Below are positions 7,848 to 13,498 of a stretch of DNA of 13,498 nt, one piece after another (the stretch's first letter is position 1; every line of letters begins with the position of its first letter). Under the pieces are notes generated by a model. It did not search any database. It was not told where the DNA came from and saw only the letters and a list, made by a program, of their open reading frames with translations. Source of the stretch: Octopus sinensis (taxonomy: Eukaryota); NCBI RefSeq assembly GCF_006345805.1, contig NW_021826051.1, forward strand, positions 1-13,498. The letters are read 5' to 3'. The position numbers and the translations under genes are program-made.

Positions 7848-7995
7848 GTGTAGCAGCAGGAGCAGCAGTAGTAGTAGCGGTGGAGGTAGAAGTGGTAGTC
7901 GTCGTAGCAGTAGTGGTAACCTGCAACAGCAACAGCAGCAACATCAGCAACAATCACAGCAGCAAGGGCAGAAGCAAGGGCAACAACAGTATTAG
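7848..7995. repeat. (GCA/GTA/GTG)n then (GCA/ACA)n trinucleotide low-complexity region
   Basis: Directly visible. Confidence 0.85.
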
Positions 7996-8028
7996 AAACA
8001 GCAATCGCACCAACAGGCAAAAAAGAAA

Positions 8029-8495
8029 ACACTCACATACATTCAAACACGTATACTTGCACATACGTGGACACATACACACACACACATCACACAAAAT
8101 TATACACTCGAAAGCGTACACGAGCTTACATACACTCACACACACGTATATACATTCATAACTGCGCGTGCACACATACATATACGCATACACTCGTGCA
8201 CAAGGTACACACTCACAATCGTACGTACCATGTTGCGTGTACGCAACATACATACACAGATACGTACTCGTACATACGTACATACATACATATACGCACA
8301 AAAGTGTGTATACATATATGCATGCATATATGTATATACGCACCAAAGCGTGTATACATATATGCATGCATATAGACATAGTCGCATATACAGACACACA
8401 AACATATTCGTACGCTTTCCACATGCACACATGCATATATATATATATATATATATGCATAAACATATACATACGCACCAATACGCAAACACATA
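8029..8495. repeat. Cryptic alternating purine-pyrimidine (CA/TA/CG) low-complexity tract
   Basis: ~470 bp of mostly RY alternation with mixed dinucleotides. Confidence 0.85.
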
Positions 8496-9179
8496 AAACA
8501 CGCAAATTGCAGATTAACAAAAAACAAACGCAAAATACTCAACGAGCCAAGCAAATCCATCAATAAACAAACAAATGAATAAATAAATAAATTAGAAAAA
8601 AATTTATTTAAAATGAACATAAAAAGAGCCCGAAACATTATTGAAAATGGCTTCCATGCTTTCTTTATTATCGATATGATACCGATGCTTAATAATGTGG
8701 TATTATAAAGATGATTATTATAATAATAACTACCATAATAATGGTTTCTTTTTTCTTATGCAGGACCAAAATAAATAAAAGAAAAAAATTACAAGAAAAA
8801 AAAAACAATACAGACATTCATAAGCGAACTCAAAACCAGCACCACCACCACAACAATTACCATCATCAGAAAATATTGTCATTTCTGTTGTCGATGGTAT
8901 TGTTGTTCTTGTTGTTGTTGTTTGTTAATGATGTGGTTATTGAAGTTGTCTCATTTACTCTTTGTTCTTTACATTTATTTTGCGCATTTTTATTGTTTTG
9001 TTTTGTCTTGTTATTTATTTAAATTATTATTATCATATTTTCTTGATTATTAAAACTTCGCGTCAGGATGTCGCCTCCCATCCAAAAAGTTCTCCACTTC
9101 TAAATCAGAAAAGACAATTTTTAAAATAAAAAAAAACAAATTATACATTAATGATTTAATTAACTTATTTATTTTATGC

Positions 9180-10335
9180 AAACATCGCTAGAGAGCCGAA
9201 CAAAACGACGCGTTATTTGTATTTATTTAGGTTGCCTTGCAAAAAAGCCCGGCGATAGAGAGTTCTTGTTCCAGCTCTTCGCGTTCTGAGTTCAAATCGT
9301 ACAGAGGGTCAACTTTATTTTACATCTTTCTGGGGTAAATGTAATGGACTTGGCCTACGCCCGCTAAAATTGTTTGTCAGCTAAAATCTGATATCATTAT
9401 TGTTAGTTAAGGAGGCGAGCTGGCAGAATTGTTAGCGCGCATGGCGAAATACTTAGCGGTATTTCACCCATCGCCACGTTCTGAGCTCAAAATCTGCCGA
9501 TGTCGACTTTGCCTTACATCTTTTCGGGGTCAATTAAATGAGTACCAGTTACGCACTGGGGTCGATGTAATCAACTTAATCCCATGCCCCAAATTTCAGG
9601 CCTTGTGCCTACAGTAGAAAGGATTGCTAGTTAAGGCGGCGAGCTGGCAGAATCGTTAGCACGCTGGGCGAAATGCGTAGCCGTATTTCGTCTGCCGTTA
9701 TGTTCTGAGTTCAAATTCCGCCGAGGTCGACTTTGTTTTCATCCTTTCGGAGTCGATAAATTATGTACAAGTTACGCACTGGGGTCGATATAATCGACTT
9801 AATCCGTGTGTCTGTCCTTGTTTGTCTCCTCTGTGTTTAGCCCCTTGTGGGTAGTAAAGAAATAAGTATTTCGCCCGTCGCTACGTTCTGAGTTCAAATT
9901 CCGCCTCAGTCGACTTTGCCTTTCATCCTTTCGGGGTTGATAAAATAAGTAGTAGTTAAACATTGTGAGTCGATGTAATCGAATAATGCATCCTACTAAA
10001 AACTGCTGGCCTGGTACCAAAAATTGAAACCATAAAGGGGTGAGCGAGCAGAATCAGTTGAGTGTCTGACTTTTCACATTCTGAGTTCAGATTCCACTGA
10101 GGTCCACCTTGCTTTTCATCCTTTCGGAGTCGATAAAGTAAAGTAATCTGTCCCCTCCTCATAAAATTGCCAACCTTGTGCCAATATCTGCTACAATTAT
10201 TATTTTGGGACTTAAGAGCAATGCATGACAGAATCATTATTATCACAAACAAAATACCGTGTTGTTTTAGAGACGCATTTCACATTCTTAGTTCAAAAGT
10301 CACTGGCATTGACTTTGTAATTCACTCTTGTTACA
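9180..10335 (+). mobile_element. Head-to-tail cluster of about six tRNA-derived Nin/Deu-domain SINE units
   Basis: Recurrent TTCTGAGTTCAAAT (B-box region) plus GTCGACTTTGCCTTTCATCCTTTCGGGGTCGATAAA-like (Nin/Deu-like) blocks. Units: ~9180-9400 (old), 9411-9622, 9635-9865, 9866-10031, ~10036-10205, ~10220-10335 (old). Heads GG(A/C)GGCGAGCTGGCAGAAT at 9411 and 9635. Confidence 0.9.
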
Positions 10336-10667
10336 TCGTAATGAATGTTCTTATGAATTTGAGACCTTATTTATGCTCCAGGTTTCGATGGAATGGAACC
10401 GCTTATTTCACACCTTATTCATTCTTCTGAAGCTGATTAAAAAGATTTACAAATAATTTGAAACATTATTCATCCTAATGGCACCGGTTAAAGACCTTAC
10501 AAACCTGGAATGGTATCTATTCTTCTTGTATCGAATAAATTAAATTACAAATCTAAAAGTTTATGCCATAAATTTTCTACCGCAGAAAGACAACTTGCAT
10601 GCACATATCTTAAAACTTAAAAGAAAAATGATTGCCCTAAACCTAAGTTAGACTTCCACCACAAGTT

Positions 10668-10860
10668 CCCATTCTTGTTGTGGAATGGTGGCTTGTATGC
10701 CTCAATGACCCTAAAAACAATTATAGTGAAAGTGCGAGCTCCTGGTAGGGCTTCCCATGTTGAACAATTCAAAAAATAGGGGTCAGACTAATAAGGACCT
10801 CCTCTTCCCAGAAGTAAAAATGGGTTTGCGTAGGGCCAACATCCCGACATAGAAGAATGT
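10668..10860 (+). mobile_element. RTE-clade LINE 5' UTR-like fragment
   Basis: CTTGTTGTGG...GGCTTGTATGCCTCAATGACCCT...GCTCCTGGTAGGGCTTCCCATG...GGGGTCAGAC...GGGTTTGCGTAGGGCCAACATCCC is collinear with the RTE/Expander (Rex3) 5' UTR as I recall it. No downstream EN/RT ORF. Confidence 0.65.
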
Positions 10861-11502
10861 GAAGCTACAGAAATATTGAATATAATTGAAAACCAACAAG
10901 ATCTGAGAGAGGGAAGCCTTCCCTAGGGGAAACGTGCAGCGGGGTACTGAAGCAAAGCTGAAAGAGTAGACATCCAACTTGAAAAAGCAGAGAAGACCGT
11001 CAGAGTCGAAAATAGGGAGCGAAGGATTTAAGTAAGCAAGGGGGTGGGATTAGCCTTGTTATGTTCATTCTTATATTTTAAGAAAGAAAACACAAGTTAT
11101 TTTTCTTTTGTAAATCTTTCTCTTTTAGAGAAATAAATTTTACAAGGTAGAAGACTCAGTAAAGATATTGAAGAACAAACACACGCGCACGCGGGGGCAC
11201 ACACACACACAAAGACTGTTATACTTACATTTCAAGTATTTCGTTATTGTGATAAGAAGTAAACTACGAGTAAACGTAACAGTTTCTGTGTGTTTTTAAA
11301 TAGCTAAGACGACTCCTCTAATGGTGTAATTGTTTCAGTTTCAATAAAATTCAGATCAAGTAACTCGCCAAACAAGTAACAATTGCAAAATAAGCCGTTT
11401 TGTATATTGTGCTTTGCTTTCACAGCAGAAATTATTTTCAACATCTTTACTCTGGTTAAAAGGGGAGATAATTTCGATAATAATGATTTTAAATTTTTAC
11501 GC

Positions 11503-11600
11503 AAGGCAAGAAATTTTGGGATAGGGTTTAACTCGATTAAATCGAACCCTCAGTGCTCAGGTGGTACTTATTTTACCGACGCCGAAAGGATAAAAAGATA
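11503..11600 (-). mobile_element. Nin-domain SINE 3' fragment
   Basis: TCGATTAAATCGAACCCTCAGTG...GGTACTTATTTTACCGACGCCGAAAGGATAAAA is a diverged match to 12150-12210. Confidence 0.75.
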
Positions 11601-11739
11601 ACGCCGAAAGCCAAATTGCTCCTTCGTCAGAAGAGGGGGAAAATACAAAATCTTTGGTCGGTAATAATAATAAACATATTTTCCAAATATGTAATGTCTG
11701 TAACATTAGCATCTACGCAGTCGACAACACTAAATGAAC

Positions 11740-12313
11740 ACTCCTTTCACAAGGCCTGGAATTTGAGGGGAAGGGGATAGACGATCACGTCAACTCCAGT
11801 ACTTGTCTGATACTTAATTTATCGACATCCGAAAGGATGAAAGGCAAAGTCAACCTCGGCGGGATTTGAACACGGAACGCAGCGACGGGTGAAATACCTA
11901 TTTCTTTACTACCCACAAGGGGCTAAGCACAGAGGGGACAAACAAGGACAGACAAACGGATTAAGTCGATTACATCGACCCCAGTGCGTGACTAGTACTT
12001 AATTTATCGACCCCGAAAAGACGAAAGGCAAAGTCAACCTCGGCGGAATTTGAACTTAGAACGTAACGGCAGACGAAATACTTATTTCTTTACTACCCAC
12101 AAGGGGCTAAACACAGAGGGAACAAACAAGGACAGACAAACGGATTAAGTCGATTACATCGACCCCAGTGCGTAACTAGTACTTAATTTATCGACCCCGA
12201 AAGGATGAAAGGCAAAGTCGACCTCGGCGGAATTTGAACTCAGAACATAACGGCAGACGAAATACGGCTACGCATTTCGCCCGGCGTGCTAACGTTTCTG
12301 CCAGCTTGCCGCC
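11740..12313 (-). mobile_element. Trimeric Nin-domain SINE: one head plus three units at 184 bp period
   Basis: Head GGCGGCAAGCTGGCAGAAACGTTAGCACGCCGGGCG starts at 12313. GAAATAC recurs at 11891, 12075 and 12259 (exact 184 bp spacing). Two near-identical units and a third older unit with a different tail. Confidence 0.92.
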
Positions 12314-13063
12314 TTATATAACAAGTGATATTACGGAGTATATTAGTTGCTTAACCACTCCACTGGAAGCGGTCTGGACTATAGTTGTTAGTTTGAAGCT
12401 CTAAACTAACAGTGGCATTCGTACATCTGTATGTACATAGAAGATATACTGTAAACTGTATGTATACTGATGTGCGAGCGCTTGTGTGTGTATGTATATA
12501 TGTATGCGTGTGTGTCTGCGTTTGTAATTTGATAGCTTCTATGAGCAATAAATTCTCAAGCTGGCTTGCATCTAGTAAAACTTAAAAAGCAAATATGTCA
12601 AACTTAAGCTTGCTATTTATTGCGGCATTACCTGACTGACGAAATTTCCAGAAACCTGTGTCCGCGTTGACTAAATTTCAGATAATTTGTACTCATTTTG
12701 ATGTACAATAAAGAGGAGTGAGCATCTTAATCTAGCTTTAATCAGTAACTGCACACTTGCAATGACAATCACAGAACACTGCCAAAGCGATCCAATAAAA
12801 TACGTCCAGTCACTTACTCGTTCAATAACTCCCACATACACCCGTCCACACACACATACACATATATGCACACACACACACACATACATACATATTCACA
12901 AAAATAGACACATATATATGGGCATGCATATATGACCAATGAGCCAGAATTTTCGGTTTCACATTAAATTTTTCATTTCCCAGCAAAAGGAGAAAAGACC
13001 CACGCCAAACTCGTCTAAGAGCACGCAGCAAAGTAAAAACGAAAACGAAAGCAAATAATTTCA

Positions 13064-13106
<43 letters not shown>

Positions 13107-13302
13107 AATAATAATAATAATAATAATAAGAAGAAGAATAATAATAAGAATAATAATAATAATAATTATTATTATTGTTATTTTATCATTTTATTACATG
13201 CAAACACCCTCACTTTATGCCTGTTTTTGTATTGTGCCTCCTCATCCTTCGCCCGGGTGGCAAATAAACAAAATCATCATCATCATCATCATCCTCTTCT
13301 TC

Positions 13303-13354
<52 letters not shown>

Positions 13355-13362
13355 GTTATTAT
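13064..13362. repeat. (CTA)n-(AAT/AAG)n ... (CAT)n-(TTA)n trinucleotide microsatellites
   Basis: (CTA)n 13064-13106, (AAT)n ~13108-13167, (CAT)n ~13273-13294, (TTA)n ~13305-13353. Confidence 0.95.
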
Positions 13363-13498
13363 GTTTTTTGGGTTTTCTATTTATTTCTTTTAATAAAAAT
13401 TCTAACGCCGTGATCTGCTCCAAGATTCTAATGAATGCGAAATGATAAGTTTTGGGGGTTTGGGAACTTGGCGTTAGTACAGCAGCCATTGTCGTGGT

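Noticed and set aside
11891-12265. Regularly spaced repeats suggesting a CRISPR array
   Set aside because: Whole 184 bp units repeat with no unique spacers; eukaryotic SINE sequence and no cas genes.
12386-12411. Hairpin TGTTAGTTT/AAACTAACA
   Set aside because: 9 bp AT-rich stem is plausible by chance in 13.5 kb of AT-rich DNA; no supporting context.
412-13489. ORF track entries rich in Y/I/H/T/C/V/M, F/L/S or homopolymeric residues
   Set aside because: Translations of microsatellites and pyrimidine tracts, open in several frames and both strands, often with non-ATG starts; no domain content.

Overview
AT-rich, microsatellite-saturated eukaryotic non-coding DNA (intergenic or intronic). The SINE families (tRNA-derived heads with CORE-like and Nin/Deu-like domains) match my recollection of Octopus repeats, so a coleoid cephalopod source is inferred, not verified. 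No intact protein-coding gene is supportable; nearly all listed ORFs are simple-repeat artefacts. The window holds two inverted clusters of Nin-domain SINEs with a 183-184 bp internal unit, nested CORE-type SINEs, a ~170 bp MITE-like element, an RTE-like 5' UTR, and decayed Penelope-like (PLE) endonuclease and reverse transcriptase remnants. The most notable feature is a ~490 bp non-coding element (4945-5436) with ~35 bp terminal direct repeats, an upstream inverted copy of its end, and an internal type I hammerhead ribozyme fold with a palindromic stem III (5131-5207). It is a candidate retrozyme/PLE-pLTR-like element; this copy has two catalytic-core substitutions.
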